From: Octopus vulgaris
Taxonomy: Eukaryota
Assembly: GCA_951406725.2 (NCBI GenBank)
Contig: OX597819.1
Location: forward strand, 10,912,001-10,976,000
Direction of reading: 5' to 3'
DNA: 64,000 bases
The position numbers and the translations under genes were made by a program. The notes below the pieces were generated by a model. That model made no database searches, was not told where the DNA came from, and worked only from the letters and a program-made list of their open reading frames with translations. This document shows positions 27,380 through 40,834 of the stretch, piece after piece; the stretch's first letter is position 1, and every line of letters begins with the position of its first letter.

Positions 27380-27710
27380 GTATGTATGTATGTATGTATG
27401 TATGTATGTATGTATGTATGTATGTATGTATGTATGTATGTATGTATGTATGTATGTATATGTGCAGATTTGTATGTTTTGCTTTATATATGTATTCTCA
27501 TGCATATAGTTGCATATGCTCATATACAATGATAAACTTCTGGAAAGTTTTACAGATTTTTACAGTTTCAGTGATGAATAGGGTCTGTAGTCTTTGAATT
27601 AGCTTTCTCCTTTCTGGTTTTGGGAAGCCTAATTTCTCAAGATTGGTATTTAGGTAGTGCTTTATATATCTGAGGGACCCAATAACACTGTTCAACAAAC
27701 TGAAACTGTT
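27380..27710 (-). mobile_element. 3' end of an RLE-type non-LTR retrotransposon adjoining a (TACA)n tract
   Basis: VIGSLRYI..LEKLGF..LIQRLQ..ETVKICKTF resembles RLE C-termini. Confidence 0.55.
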
Positions 27711-27924
27711 TTTAATCATCAGAGTTGCTGATTGACTTTGCTGGGTTAATTTTTGATGCTGATTACGAATCTGAAGTTCGATTTCCTCTATTAGGTCACA
27801 TTTTCATGTTAATGATACCTGCTGTTTTAACTTATAGGATATGTAAAGCATGTCTATTTAAAGTATATTGAATACAAGATATTTCCAATGTGCATTTTTG
27901 CTTATTTTTCTTCTTACTTTTCCC

Positions 27925-28014
<90 letters not shown>

Positions 28015-28211
28015 TACAAAATTAGAGAATGGAGAAACATACTTAAATCAATAAAACATCAACTATCCGATGATATCAATCCATACTTTAATACACCATT
28101 ACATAGGAGTAAAGGCAATATATAAAATGAAATGAGATATACAGTAATAGTAAAAGTAAAAAGATAAAGAGATATAAGTAAAAATTACAAATACAATATG
28201 CAAATAAATCA

Positions 28212-28325
28212 AAACTGACAGCTGTTTCGGCAGTGAGGACAGTCATACCTCATTTAACCTATAAGCCATAAAGGCAGGTATAAATGAGGCATTACAAAGA
28301 TGCCCCACGGCCTCTTCAGAGAATT
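28212..28325 (-). ncRNA. Type I hammerhead ribozyme motif with ~84-nt helix II domain
   Basis: CTGAAGA-GGCCGTGGGG...CCTCACTGCC-GAAAC-AGCT-GTC; core intact, helix I weak. Confidence 0.75.
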
Positions 28326-28660
28326 AAATTAAATTTGTTATAATAGGAAAAATATTATATAATCATATACATATAAATATAAAAATATAAAAAAGTAAAA
28401 TATAAAAACTTATACATCATAATGCTACACTTGTATAATATAATACATATTTGTACAAAAAGGAAGGTAACCAGAACAAAATAAAACAAAATATATAACA
28501 GTGTATATATAATATTAATAAGTACCGATATCATACATATTTAGCTAATAGTTTTTTTATAAAAAAGGGGCTAACACATATGGAGATGAAAAATAATAAT
28601 AATTAAATCCGTGGTACAGTTCATAAAATTCTAAAGCTATAAAAGTTAATAAAAATTACT

Positions 28661-28694
<34 letters not shown>

Positions 28695-28890
28695 GTAATA
28701 ATAATAAAAATAATAAAAATAGATACAGTTAAGTTATCACCAAGTCCATCCTTCCAAGATCGAAATAACTGATTGCTTGACAATTTCTAACATCTATGTA
28801 TTAATTTTTGTTGGGTACCTATCTAGCAGTATATTGGATATATATTATCCCATGGTGGGTTGAATTTTCAACCCCTATCTCATTTTATAA

Positions 28891-28926
<36 letters not shown>

Positions 28927-30522
28927 AATTGAGATAGGGGTTGTAAATGCAACCCTCCATGGGATAACATATATCCAATATACTGCTAGTGAAGTACCCA
29001 ACAAAGTTAATCTGCTGCCCAAGCGTGGGCTCGGGTGGTGCTGCACCTGAGTTTGTGCACTCGTGCATGCATGTGCGAGTGCATCTGTGCATGTGCATCA
29101 ATGTGTGCACTCTCGCTCGCTGCACTTGCAGACATTCGCGTGTACTTGTACGCGTGTTCTGGTGTACATCTTGGTGATTGTGTGTGTGTGTGGGCCCAGC
29201 CATGAAATCGCGTGTCCGTGCGGGGGCGTGCATGCACATGTATGTGCATGTGGGTGCATTTCGGCATATCCACTTATATTTACTATATTAGGTTTATCTT
29301 TGTGCTCTTCTTAATTTGTATTCCATTTTATTTATCTATTTATCTACACATTGATATATATATATATATTTATATTTATTTATTTAATTATTTATTCTTG
29401 TTTATTTGGCACTTACTAACTTATAATCAATTTAATTTAATTTATAATTAATGAACTTATATCTAAGTTAATAGTAACTTCTGTTTACTTTTTGTGTATG
29501 TATATATACGTCTTTGGATGGGCAGACATGTATTTTAATTTATGATTTAGTGGATGTGGGTTGAGGTATTGAGGTGTGTGAAAATGTGTATGTGTACGTA
29601 TGTATGTTTTTGTACGTATAGGTATGGTCGTGGGTGGATGTACGGATGTATGTTTTTCTTATACATATGAGTACGCAGGTGTGTATTTGGATATATATAT
29701 ATGTATATGCAAATATTTATTCATGGGTGGATATAAGTATAGGTTTTATTTGTATGTATGAGTGCGCAGACATATATTTAAATATGTATATATGTGTGTG
29801 TGAATGTTCCTTGATACAGTATATGTGTGTATTAATATTTATGAGTATATGCAGATGTGCGTGTGAGTGTGTGTGTTAGTGTATAGACACTGCTGCCTGT
29901 ACTGATTTGTCTATAAGCCATGCGATGACAGACATGCACTCTGCAATCTAGTGAATGTGTAGGGATGTGTCGGGGTGTATTCATGTGTGTGTGCATGTGT
30001 GTGTGCGTTTTTATGTGGACGTGTGGGTTTAGGGTTGGATGTGGATGTGTATGTTTTTCCTGTGCGGTGTGGGGGAGATCGGGCGGCTCTCAACAGACCA
30101 ACCATGAGGAAGACAATGATAATTTAAATTCAAATCCAATAGTGTATTTACGTCATAAGGAAAATTACTAACTGGAACCCGGACATACATATGTGCCACT
30201 TCAGATCCTAATGTAAGCGTTATTAATAATATTATGAATGATAATAATGGTAGCATTAATGGTATTGACAACGATAATGATGCTAACTTTAATGACACTT
30301 TGGAAATTAGTAGGAAGTAATATAATGTACTATTGACTATGTATATTTGCATCTAGGTACTAATATGTGTATGTTTATTATCACAATATTAAGTTGAAGA
30401 ACTGAAACATTGAATGTGGAACATATATATGTTTACTAATTTATATTATTTATTTACATTATTATGTATATGTATATTTTTATATGTATAGGAGTGTGAG
30501 TATATGCACTCATATGTATATG

Positions 30523-30655
30523 TATATCTCTGAGGAGGCCTTATCATATTTTTGTAAATGTCTCATTTATATCTATACAATGACCTACCATAAAAGGCTA
30601 ATATTGGTAAAATGAGACATGCTTATCTACATGGCTGAAACAGCTGTAAGATGTA
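30523..30655 (+). ncRNA. Type I hammerhead ribozyme motif with ~100-nt helix II domain
   Basis: TATATCT-CTGAGGA-GGCC...GGCT-GAAAC-AGCT-GTA-AGATGTA; inner stem ATGTCTCATTT/AAATGAGACAT. Confidence 0.8.
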
Positions 30656-30879
30656 ATCTATACTTATATTTATATTCTCTTTTTTATATATATTCTACTT
30701 ATTATACATTACTCTTTTATGTAGACTTTTTTATGTACATTCCTTTATGTACACTGATTTGTTCTGCTTTTTTATGTTTAACCCTACAGTCTCTTATGTG
30801 GTGGTTTAATAAAGTATGTGATTGAGTATTATCTGGTAATTGATATTTGATTTAGATGTATTTCTCCATTTTCTTATCT

Positions 30880-30924
<45 letters not shown>

Positions 30925-30930
<6 letters not shown>

Positions 30931-32530
30931 GGGAAAAGTAAGAAGAAAAATAAGCGAAAATGCACATTGGAAATAAAATAAAGTAAAGGGTTTTTATGAA
31001 AAGTAATAAAAGTCATTATTGTAAATTGTTAAAGAGATTCAAAAGCATACCGGTTTTGTAAAATTACTAATCATTGCTTTGAATGCATACTGATTACTGA
31101 ATGGTATCATGTCTACTAGTCCCTGAGTAAAAAGATTATATGTAAGGGAGGTAAGTAGTTCTGGATTTGGTACAATTAGGGTAGATATAGATCTTTAATG
31201 TGAATGGTGTATGGGATGTATGGGGGTTAATGGTATTAATTGAAAGGTTAGTAGTGTTCTGTATTATGTTATGTGTTCATATTGAGTTGTGAAAGATATT
31301 TATTGATGAAAGTTGCCTCTTTAGTCATTCTTTGTTGTACTGAGGTGTTCTGTGAACATTGATAGGAGGGGAAAATTAGGAAATTAGGATTAAGATTCCT
31401 AGCACACCTTTCTATGTGTTCACTGACCTGTATCTGTCTGTATTGTGGGTGGTAGATTTATTCTTTGTGGAGTAATATTCCTGTTTGGCCAATATAATTA
31501 TTACCACACCCTAAGCATATAATGGCATAGATTAGATTTTCCCAGGAACAGGTGAAATTTGATTTAATCTTAAATATTTCACTTTGTTTAAAGTGGAACT
31601 CTGAACCCTCCAAAAGGTGGGGGCATGTCCCACAATTAGGTCGACCACATTTTTTCACTTTTGGTTCTGTTGTTAATGGATACAGTCTTGTGCTGGTTAA
31701 TATTTTTTTCAATGATTTAGGTTGCATTTTGCTTTCGATAATTTTGTATGAGCCTAAAATTTTATTCATTGTATTATCTCCTGTGAGGACGAGTAGATTT
31801 TGGATGATAATGTTGAGGGCTTTGTTGTTTCTAAGGCTATGTGTGGAGATGTATGGGAGTATTTTTAAGTTTAGTTTAGTATTTCAGTTGACTTCCCTTA
31901 ATGTTCGTTTATCTATTTCCTTAGCTCGTTTAATGCGATCATTTATTAATGATATTGGGTAATGTCTTTTGATTAGTATTGATCTGAGTTCAAGGAGTCT
32001 TCATTCACAAGTATAGGTGTCGGAAACGATGGTACAGATTCTTTCGCTAGATTATAAGGTATATTAATTTTTATGTGTTTGGGGTGGCATGAGTTGAGTA
32101 ATAGGTATTGTTTAGAATCTGTGGGTTTATAGATGTCTGTTTTGATGTGGTTATTGACTATTTTAATTAGGATGTCAAGAAAAGGGAGTTGTTTACTGCT
32201 GTGCTCCATGGTGAATTGTATGTTGCTATTAATATTGTTAAGCATTATTTTGAAATCAAGGAATTTGTCCATGCTGTCTTTCCAAAGTATAAAGCAATCA
32301 ACCAAATACCTCTTCCAGTTCTCCTCTAAATAGCAATGAAATGAGGTGCCATATTTTTGCAGTGATGATTGATATATTTTAAGCTCTAGGTAACCCATTA
32401 CAAGGTTCGCAATCACTGGAGCAGCTCAGGTTCCCATCGCAATTCCACATTTTTGTTGATAGTAAACTGTATGGAACATGAAATAGTTTTTTAGTAGGAT
32501 GAATTTGAGTGCTGCGATTATGATTATAAT
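30925..32530 (-). mobile_element. Penelope-like element (Neptune-like), 5'-truncated and decayed: RT plus GIY-YIG endonuclease plus 3' region
   Basis: GIAMGT..ANLVMGYLE..WKRYLVDCF..LPFLDI; Cys linker CGRPNCGTCP; NLIYAIICLGCGNNYIGQTG; ends at an (AT)n tract. Confidence 0.92.
31042..31080 (-). ncRNA. Decayed minimal hammerhead motif in the PLE 3' region
   Basis: AAAGCA-ATGATTA-GTAATTTTAC-AAAAC-CG-GTA-TGCTTT; helices intact, three core substitutions. Confidence 0.55.
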
Positions 32531-33182
32531 CCCTTCTTGTATGTCCTTCATGTGAGAGAAAACCATTGTAGTGATAGTATTTAGTTGTTAGTGAGGTGTG
32601 TAATATCCCAACTTCTGCAATGAAAGGTCTGCCATATGATTGTGGTTCTAAGAAATTTGCATGTTGGCTTGCACTGGACTTGGATTATAGTGAGGGAAGA
32701 CTGTGTCATATGACCAGCTTCACACTCTCACCCTTGACTTCCTGGACCAATAGCAAGACAACTGAAGGTATACCAAGTCATTATATGGGTTTCACTATAC
32801 TCTGATGCACACATTTCATGGTAAGTTGCTAGATCTGCTCATTGAAACTTGATCCTTGGTGGTTGGGTCTCTTCCATACAGTACAACCGTTATCCATTCT
32901 TCATAAGGTGACAAGACTTCAAAGACTTCTATCAAGATTCTAAAACTAATGTCAGTCTGGTGTGACTGGCCAACCATTGTCATTACTCTTGAGATCTCAA
33001 ACTGTTGCATGCAGGTAGTTTGTTATGCTACAAGTAGAAGCTGGAGAAGGGATGAAATGTTAAAGCTAGTGAAAGATGAGCTCTACTATAAAAGAATTAG
33101 AAAGACTTTTACCAAAGATAGTATTTCTCCTTCAACATAAACTCCTTGTTAGACACCCCACCACCACCACCACCACCACATA

Positions 33183-33393
33183 TACTCTTTTACTCTTTTA
33201 CTTGTTTCAGTCATTTGACTGCGGCCATGCTGGAGCACCGCCTTTAGTCGAGCAAATCGACCCCGGGACTTATTCTTTGTAAGCCCAGTACTTATTCTAT
33301 TGGTCTCTTTTGCTGAACCGCTAAGTGACGGGGACGTAAACACACCAGCATCGGTTGTCAAGCAACGCTAGGGGGACAAACACAGACACACAA

Positions 33394-33428
<35 letters not shown>

Positions 33429-33569
33429 CATATATACGACAGGCTGCTTTTCATTGGTCAGCCCGGGGCTATAGCAGAAGACACTTGCCCAAGATGCCAC
33501 GCAGTGGGACTGAACCCGGAACCATGTGGTTGGTAAAGAAGCTACTTACCACACAGCCACTCCTGCGCC
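33183..33569 (-). mobile_element. SINE family A with internal deletion
   Basis: Match to family A. Confidence 0.9.
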
Positions 33570-33605
<36 letters not shown>

Positions 33606-33785
33606 TAATCATGGGAAGTCTTTGAACATCAAGAGGAGAACGCATGTTCCCAAATCAATAAGGTAATCATGCAATGAGCCAAAAGGTTGGAGTTTTATAT
33701 CCATTTACTATATGCATCTATTGCAAAGACACCATGTTCTGAATCATCAGAGACCTGTCCATGAAACTAGAGATCAATACCATCA

Positions 33786-33948
33786 AATTAGAGGTTAATG
33801 AAAAGAGATTATGAAATTAGAAATTATGAAACTAGAGGTTAATGAAAAGAGGTTATGAAATTAGAAATTATGAAATTAGAGGTTAATGAAAAGAGGTTAT
33901 GAAATTAGAAATTATGAAATTAGAGGTTAATGAAAAGAGGTTATGAAA
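33786..33948. repeat. 44-bp minisatellite, about 3.7 copies
   Basis: GAGGTTAATG at 33791, 33835, 33879, 33923. Confidence 0.9.
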
Positions 33949-33967
33949 CAAAATGTCAACACCACAA

Positions 33968-34273
33968 TAGTGAACTCCAGCAGCCTGGTTCCCTCCTCGT
34001 TGCGGGAACCAGAACCGTAGCCTCCATGCACGCCATGGAAGCCCCCAGCATATCGTCCAACATGCCCATTGAAGTCGCCAGCCACAAAGAGAAGGTCCCT
34101 GTCGTTCGTCAATGAGGTGGTCTGCAGTAGGGTGTCATAGAAACGGTCTTTCTGTCCATCGGGTAGCCCTGGCTGAGGGGCATAGGCCGATATAATAGTT
34201 GCTAAACTATGATGGAGCACTAATCTAATCTTCAGTATTCTGTCACATACTCTGACTACCTCGATTACCTTAT
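33968..34273 (-). mobile_element. Well-preserved internal fragment of an RTE LINE AP-endonuclease domain
   Basis: TIISAYAPQPG..FVAGDFNGHVG..HGGYGSGSRNEEGTRLLEF, open frame, CpG retained. Confidence 0.9.
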
Positions 34274-34691
34274 CATGTATATATATATATCATGTATATA
34301 TATATCATGTATATATATATCTACCCATCCTCACAGGAGATAATACAATGAATAAAATTTTAGGCTCATACAAAATTATCAAAAGCAAAATGCAACCTAA
34401 ATCATTGAAAAAAATATATATACCATGAAATTTGGGCTTAGGGTTAGACCTCAAAAGTTGTCTTTAGTTCAGAAAACATTTTCAATTTCCATGATGGAAT
34501 AGTCAAAGCTAGAACACTTGCTTATAATAAAATTTAAACCATTTTATTGGACTTGTTAATATCTTCAGAATTAGAAAGATAAATCTAAACAAGTAGACTT
34601 AGGCTTCTCAGAAACAACAATGATATCAAGAATAATGAATCATCAGGGAAGCTGCTATGTGCTTGCTCAACCTATTAGAAATAACAGCCAA

Positions 34692-34924
34692 AGGCAGTGA
34701 GCTGGCAGAAACATTAGCATGCCGGGCGAACTGCTTAGGAGTATTTCGTCCGCCGCTGTGTTCTGAGTTCAAATTCTGCCGAGGTCGACTTTGCCTTTCA
34801 TCCTTTCAGGGGTCGATAAATAAAGTACCAGTTACGCACTGAGGTGGATGTAATCGACTTAATCCCTTTGTCTGTCCTTGTTTGTCCCCTCTATGTTTAG
34901 CCCCTTGTGGGTGATAAAGAAATA
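34692..34924 (+). mobile_element. SINE family D nested in an older repeat
   Basis: TSD AGAAATAA(C/G)AGCCAA. Confidence 0.88.
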
Positions 34925-35663
34925 AGAAATAAGAGCCAAATTTTTCTCAAATCACATCTTACTGCCTTAGAAAAAATAATGAATACAAAAGCTGAAAAGA
35001 TATTGGATGGTCATGACGGAAATGATATTACATGACTACATGATGAAACTTAGGGCTTAACAACAACATTCAAAACATCAGAAGCAGCTAGAAGAACAAC
35101 AACAATTTATTCTTGATTTTCTATTCAATTTACATTTATTTCTTTATTTTCTTTCTTTTACATTTTCTGTCATCCATCTCGCCCCACCAATATGAAATAA
35201 TGGCAGTAGATGAGCACAAAGTGCAGGGTTTCATAAAAGAAAGATATTTTATAGAGATATTATATAAGCAGACAAATTGCTGTGTGAGATATTTAATACT
35301 TAATAAACCATTTCATAGCAACTAATAAGTTTGGGAATTGTTTTGTTTGCTAGAATAAAGAAGAGATTTGATTAAAAAATATTGTTGGAATGAATAAATG
35401 ATTGGAATAGAATTTTCCTAGGAGACACTTAAAATTTGATACATGTCCAGATTATTTAAATAAAAGAATTTCTACAATAAATTAAATATTTGATGGCTAA
35501 AACAAATTTTTGTATTTGATAAGTGATGTTTGATAATATTTTATCAAAATTGATAAACTGAAGAATATTTTTCAAATACATATTTTTGTGCAAGACAAAA
35601 ATAAAAAGATTCAATAGGTATATTTTTTTCAAAATGAACAAACATGTTCACTTCATTAACAAA

Positions 35664-35709
<46 letters not shown>

Positions 35710-35729
35710 CCCAACACTAATACATACAT

Positions 35730-35774
<45 letters not shown>

Positions 35775-35830
35775 CATACATACATACATATGTATGTGTG
35801 TGTATATATAAATATATATATAAACATATA

Positions 35831-35890
<60 letters not shown>

Positions 35891-36399
35891 TGCAGGAAGT
35901 AAATAGATACTTTTAATTTTCAAAATTTCTGATCTAAGCATCTTAACATGTTTTGAGTGGTGTAGAATTTACAATGTAATTATTCTTTTTCATTCCAGGT
36001 GCCATTACATTACTGTTAGTAGAATTATAATGTAATTCAAAAGCCAAGGAAATGAATGAACAGATTCTCCTCCCAGCCAACCTGGGACCTAGAAAGGAAG
36101 CTTCGCTGTTTGAAGAGAATATCAGGAGTTACACGAGTAGAGTTTTATGAGTCCAACAGCTGTTTATGGGGGCTTGGCGGTCCGGAATAATGATAGTTAC
36201 TTGGACCCATTATCAACTAACACTGCCTCCCTCTTTGGGGGAGAATTTTACATTGGAGAATTTTACATTTGAGGTGTTGACAGGATGGAGTTATAAGAAG
36301 AAATGATTTTGTGGAGAGCTAGGTGTGTTAGGAAGGAGAGTAAGGGTGTTTAGATAGAGAGTAGTAGGAGGAGATGATGCACTCCTTTCATCAGCTGGA

Positions 36400-37800
36400 T
36401 TATCTTGACCCTCAGTGGAAAGCCCTACACAAATTCTTTAAAAACTACAACCCAAGTATTTCATTTGGAATTGACACTAAGGTGGCCAATTTCTTAGATG
36501 TTACTCTCGACTTAAGCACAAATCTATACTGCCCTTTCCATAAACCAAACCAATCTTTACAATACATGAATGTCCTCTCTAAACTTACCCTTAATAGCAT
36601 AGTCACAGGCTTATCTATCAGAATTGCTAACCTATCTGATAACGAAATTTTTAATATTCACATCCCTTATTATAATCAGGCCCTCCAAATAAGTGGCTTC
36701 CATGAAAAAATGTTATATCCCTCACACTAAGCTTAAAACTAAAATAGCACATCTCTTCTCCAATACTAACTCTGAATATATGAACACTACACACTGCACT
36801 CAACTGCACCACTGGCCACCTCAAGCCTATAACAAGCCTATAACAACTCAAGCCTATAACAACTCAAGCCCCCCTCTCCTGGTCAGTGCTTTACAACTAC
36901 ACACTCGAAACAATCTAAGGCCAGGAATTGTGAAATCTTATAGTTTGCACCACCCTTCTCTCTCCAATTTAAATCTCTACCTAAACTCTTCTTTAAAATT
37001 CTAAAATCTAATTTTCCACCACAGCATAAATACTATCCCATCTTTAATAAATCAAATGTGAAAATCTTTTCCATCACACTTAATGTAGGATCCATAATCG
37101 CCATGTCAAACAAACGCAAACTCCAGCACCTGTCTTCTGAACACCTAAATTCTCACACGGCACCCCAAGTTAGTCCACATACTTGTAATAACACAATCCA
37201 TAATAACTCACCTCAAATAATACTAAATTCAAGCCAACATCCCACAATCCTACCTATGTCACAGCAAATACTAGCTCCAATAACACCTCCTAATCCAATA
37301 CAAATATAAATTACACTTTAGGTTCTCCCCTATTAACAACAAACCAACCAAGCTCAACCTCACTAGTAGTAACCCACAACTACAAAACAGGTAGAAAAAT
37401 TTGCACCTGTCGTGCATCTAAATTACCCCGCTTGCATATAACAAGTGCTATGTTATAACAGCCCACTCCCACCAAGCAAGGGTATATATCAGCAGTAACA
37501 TAAATTTCAAGCACATCTACCATGCACAGATGAACTCTTTCACTAATCCAAACTCTAAACCATCTACCTCTTTAGCAACGTACATATACAACCTCAAATT
37601 ACAAAATATTCCATACACCCTATCCTGGTCCATAGTAAGTGAAGTTCCCCGATAAAATGCAAATATCAGTATGTGTAAATTATGACTAAAAGAATCCTCA
37701 ACCATTCCTTTGCCTTCACAACTCTTCATTACTCAATAGATTCACTGATGTTATTTATTCTTGTAAACACAGATACTACTCAATTTTCATGCAATTTGCT
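36400..37800 (+). mobile_element. Decayed Penelope-like element of a second clade (RT thumb plus GIY-YIG region)
   Basis: KVANFLDVTLDL..YCPFHKPN, CTCR, STSLATYIYNLK..LSWSIV, terminal SCKH. Confidence 0.8.
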
Positions 37801-37812
37801 AAATCTATATAA

Positions 37813-38209
37813 TCTATATATATAAAACTGAGAATGTGTGTGTGTCTGTCTGTCTGTGTGAATCCCAAAAACTTGAGAACTACACAACAAATTTCATTCA
37901 AATTTTACACGTGCCTTACTTAGGGTCCATCTAATATCATCGGCAAAAAAAATGTTTAACCTCTTGCCTAGGGCGAGTCCACAGCAATATCATATCTTCT
38001 CTACTATTTCAGTATTACGAAAACATCTCTCTTTAATAGTGTAACTATTATGTAAGTAACATGAACTGAAAGTGAACATCCCTCTTTATGTATTTAATAT
38101 AATTTTTTCTGAAACTTCAGACTTTTCAATATGCTACACCACTGGTTTTAAATTGATATCAATCAAATTAATATTCGATTTTTCAGCCTTATTATTTTAA
38201 ATTTAAATT

Positions 38210-38210
<1 letters not shown>
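37813..38210 (+). mobile_element. Probable Helitron 5' portion (second family)
   Basis: A|TCTATATATATAAAA start followed by (GT)/(GTCT) repeats; 3' end not found. Confidence 0.5.
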
Positions 38211-38254
<44 letters not shown>

Positions 38255-38256
<2 letters not shown>

Positions 38257-38766
38257 GGGCTCCTAAATAAGGATGCCAAGTGCTAGGGACACAAAAAAGG
38301 GATAAATTTATCGAGAGTGAAAATCAAAAACATTTACCGATAACGATACATCCCGGACTGATATCAGTTTCTTCCTCTTTCTAGCAAAACAGACAGAATA
38401 TGTTTGCTAAGGCTGGTTTCATCAGCGAGACACCTAAGTTAAATCGAGATGCGCAGTGCGTTAGACCATATTACCCTTTTGATTATATTCACATATTATT
38501 TGATGGATTTATTTGTAAAATTTTTTCCCAGCATGCCCTATATCGCCGAGTAGATTTTGCGTCTGCGCAGAGATTTGAAAAGTTAAGATCTACAAGTTGT
38601 TTAGATCAACACATGGTCTAACACGCTGCGTGTCTCGATTTAACTTAGGCGTCTCGCTGATGAAACCGGCCTTAGCAAACATATTCTGTCTGTTTTGCTA
38701 GAAAGAGGTAGAAACTGATATCAGTCCGGGATGTATCGTTATCGGTAAATGTTTTTGATTTTCACT
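38255..38766. mobile_element. Foldback/MITE-like element with 154-bp inverted arms
   Basis: 38316-38469 is the reverse complement of 38613-38766 with a handful of mismatches. Confidence 0.85.
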
Positions 38767-38769
38767 GAA

Positions 38770-38809
<40 letters not shown>

Positions 38810-38923
38810 ACATATTTATATACACAGAAGTGCAAAACAAGTGCACATAAGTGCAAAAAAATAATACTCAAATACCAAAGGTAGAGTAATATGTTTTTTA
38901 TTAAAGTTGCAAAATTATCACAG

Positions 38924-38965
38924 AACTGTTACTCAGAGTATCATGTTCCTGTTCGTCAGACAGTT
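38924..38965 (-). ncRNA. Decayed minimal hammerhead motif (same family as 47539-47580)
   Basis: AACTGT-CTGACGA-ACAGGAACAT-GATAC-TCTGA-GTA-ACAGTT. Confidence 0.65.
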
Positions 38966-38984
38966 GTGATGAATTAGAATCATA

Positions 38985-39365
38985 TTCTTTTACTTGTTTC
39001 AGTCATTTGACTGTAGCCATGCTGGAACACTGCCTTTTAGTCAAACAAATCAACACCAGGACTTATTCTTTGTAAGCCTAGTATTTATTCCATCGGTCTC
39101 TTTTGCCATACCACTAAGTTACAGGGATGCAAACACACCAACATTGGTTGTCAAGTGATGATGGGTGAACAAACACAGACACACAAGCATATATATATAT
39201 ATATATATATACATACATATATACATATACGACAGGCTTCTTTCAGTTTCTGTCTACCAAATCCATTCACAGAGCTTTGATCAGCTCAAGGCTATAGTAG
39301 AAGACACTTGCCCAAAGTGTCACATAGTGGGACTGAACCTGGAACCATGTGGTTGGTAAGCAAGC
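38985..39365 (-). mobile_element. Older SINE family A copy
   Basis: Diverged match to family A. Confidence 0.8.
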
Positions 39366-39421
39366 AACATATATGATGGGTATCTTTTAGTTTCCATCTA
39401 TAAAATCCACTCACATTATCT

Positions 39422-39463
<42 letters not shown>

Positions 39464-39548
39464 GAAGTTATAACTTTCCTGATAGGGTAGAACACTTTCA
39501 CAAACTATACAATGGTCTTGGCAATAAATCTTAATGCTGTACAGTTAA

Positions 39549-39758
39549 CCCTTTCATTAACGTTTTCATTTTGAGATGCTCTGTGTTTCTTTCAATTAAT
39601 TGTAAATATAACAAAGAATTTAGTAAAATAACTTACTTATCATTCAGCTATTGTTAGGATCATAAATTGTGACTAAGGTTTGGTGGTATATTTTAATGAA
39701 AAACTTATGAAAATAAGACATACTGCAGAGCCAGAGCCGGTTTTGGCCGGGTTAGTAA
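39549..39758. mobile_element. TTAA MITE family 2, right end truncated
   Basis: Match to 11124-11344. Confidence 0.8.
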
Positions 39759-40042
39759 TTTGTGGATTTATGGCACTAAAGTGTGAGTATAGTTTATAGA
39801 TAGGCATCGGTTGGTTGTCTTAAATCTCCGGTTTTTATCTTCTATAATCTCTCTCCTTTCCCACCTCTCCCTGTCTGCAAACACACACACACACACACAT
39901 TTTTTTGCTATAGCCTTAATAAATTGAAAAACCGCCAGATTACAGTTATGGCAGATTCCATTCTTTGCAACAGCTCATATTGCTTCACAAATTTTATACA
40001 TTCCTCCATTTACCAGAAATGGCTCTTCAAATAATACATGTA

Positions 40043-40257
40043 GGCGCAGGAGTGGCTCCCTAGCATTGCTTGACAACCGATATTGGTGTGTTTACGTCCC
40101 CGTCACTTAGCGGTTCGACAAAAGAGACCGATAGAATAAGTACTGGGCTTACAAAGAATAAGTCCCGGGGTCGAGTTGCTCAACTAAAGGCAGTGCTCCA
40201 GCATGGCTGCAGTCAAATGACTGAAACAAGTAAAAGAGTAAAAAAGAGTAAAAGAGA
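40043..40257 (+). mobile_element. SINE family A with large internal deletion
   Basis: GGCGCAGGAGTGGCT joined directly to CCCTAGCATTGC. Confidence 0.85.
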
Positions 40258-40370
40258 ACTATTCTATGGTTATATTTCATTTTACAATCATAAGGAACTG
40301 AAATTATGAAAAAATATTAAACATTGCTTTAAAATTCTGATTCATAAAATATACAAAATATGATATATAT

Positions 40371-40564
40371 CATCATCACCATCATCACCAGTTGAGCATG
40401 GTCGATGCATGTATCACCTGACTGGCCCTCGTGCTGGTGGCATGTAAAAAGCACCCACTACACTCTCAGAGTGGTTGGCATTTGGAAGAGCATCCATGGG
40501 TTGGACGGTTTGACTGAGGGTTGGTGAGCCAGAAGGCTGCACCAGGTTCTGATCTGATCTGGCA
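40371..40564. mobile_element. Rearranged family E fragment
   Basis: Meta-like domain on + strand joined to tail-proximal sequence on - strand near 40495. Confidence 0.7.
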
Positions 40565-40782
40565 TTTTCTTTTTGTTTTTAAACACACACATGCATGCAC
40601 ACACACACACAAACACACACAGACACACACACATACACACAAACACACACACACACAGACAAAACACACACAAACACACACATACACACACACACACAAA
40701 CACACACAGACACACACACAAACACACACAGACACATACATAGACACACACACACAGACAAAACATACACAAACACACACAT

Positions 40783-40834
<52 letters not shown>

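Noticed and set aside
26892-27509. Longest ORF in the track (205 aa)
   Set aside because: Antisense to an RTE fragment and runs into a (TATG)n tract
32596-33140. Coding-like composition suggesting an LTR element remnant
   Set aside because: No motif I could identify with confidence
36151-36220. Minus-strand TTGATAA-TGGG...CCCA-TAAAC-AGCT-GTT next to a PLE; similar weak or half motifs near 15985-16005 and 42315-42405
   Set aside because: Three or more core changes or missing half; counted only as decayed candidates, not annotated
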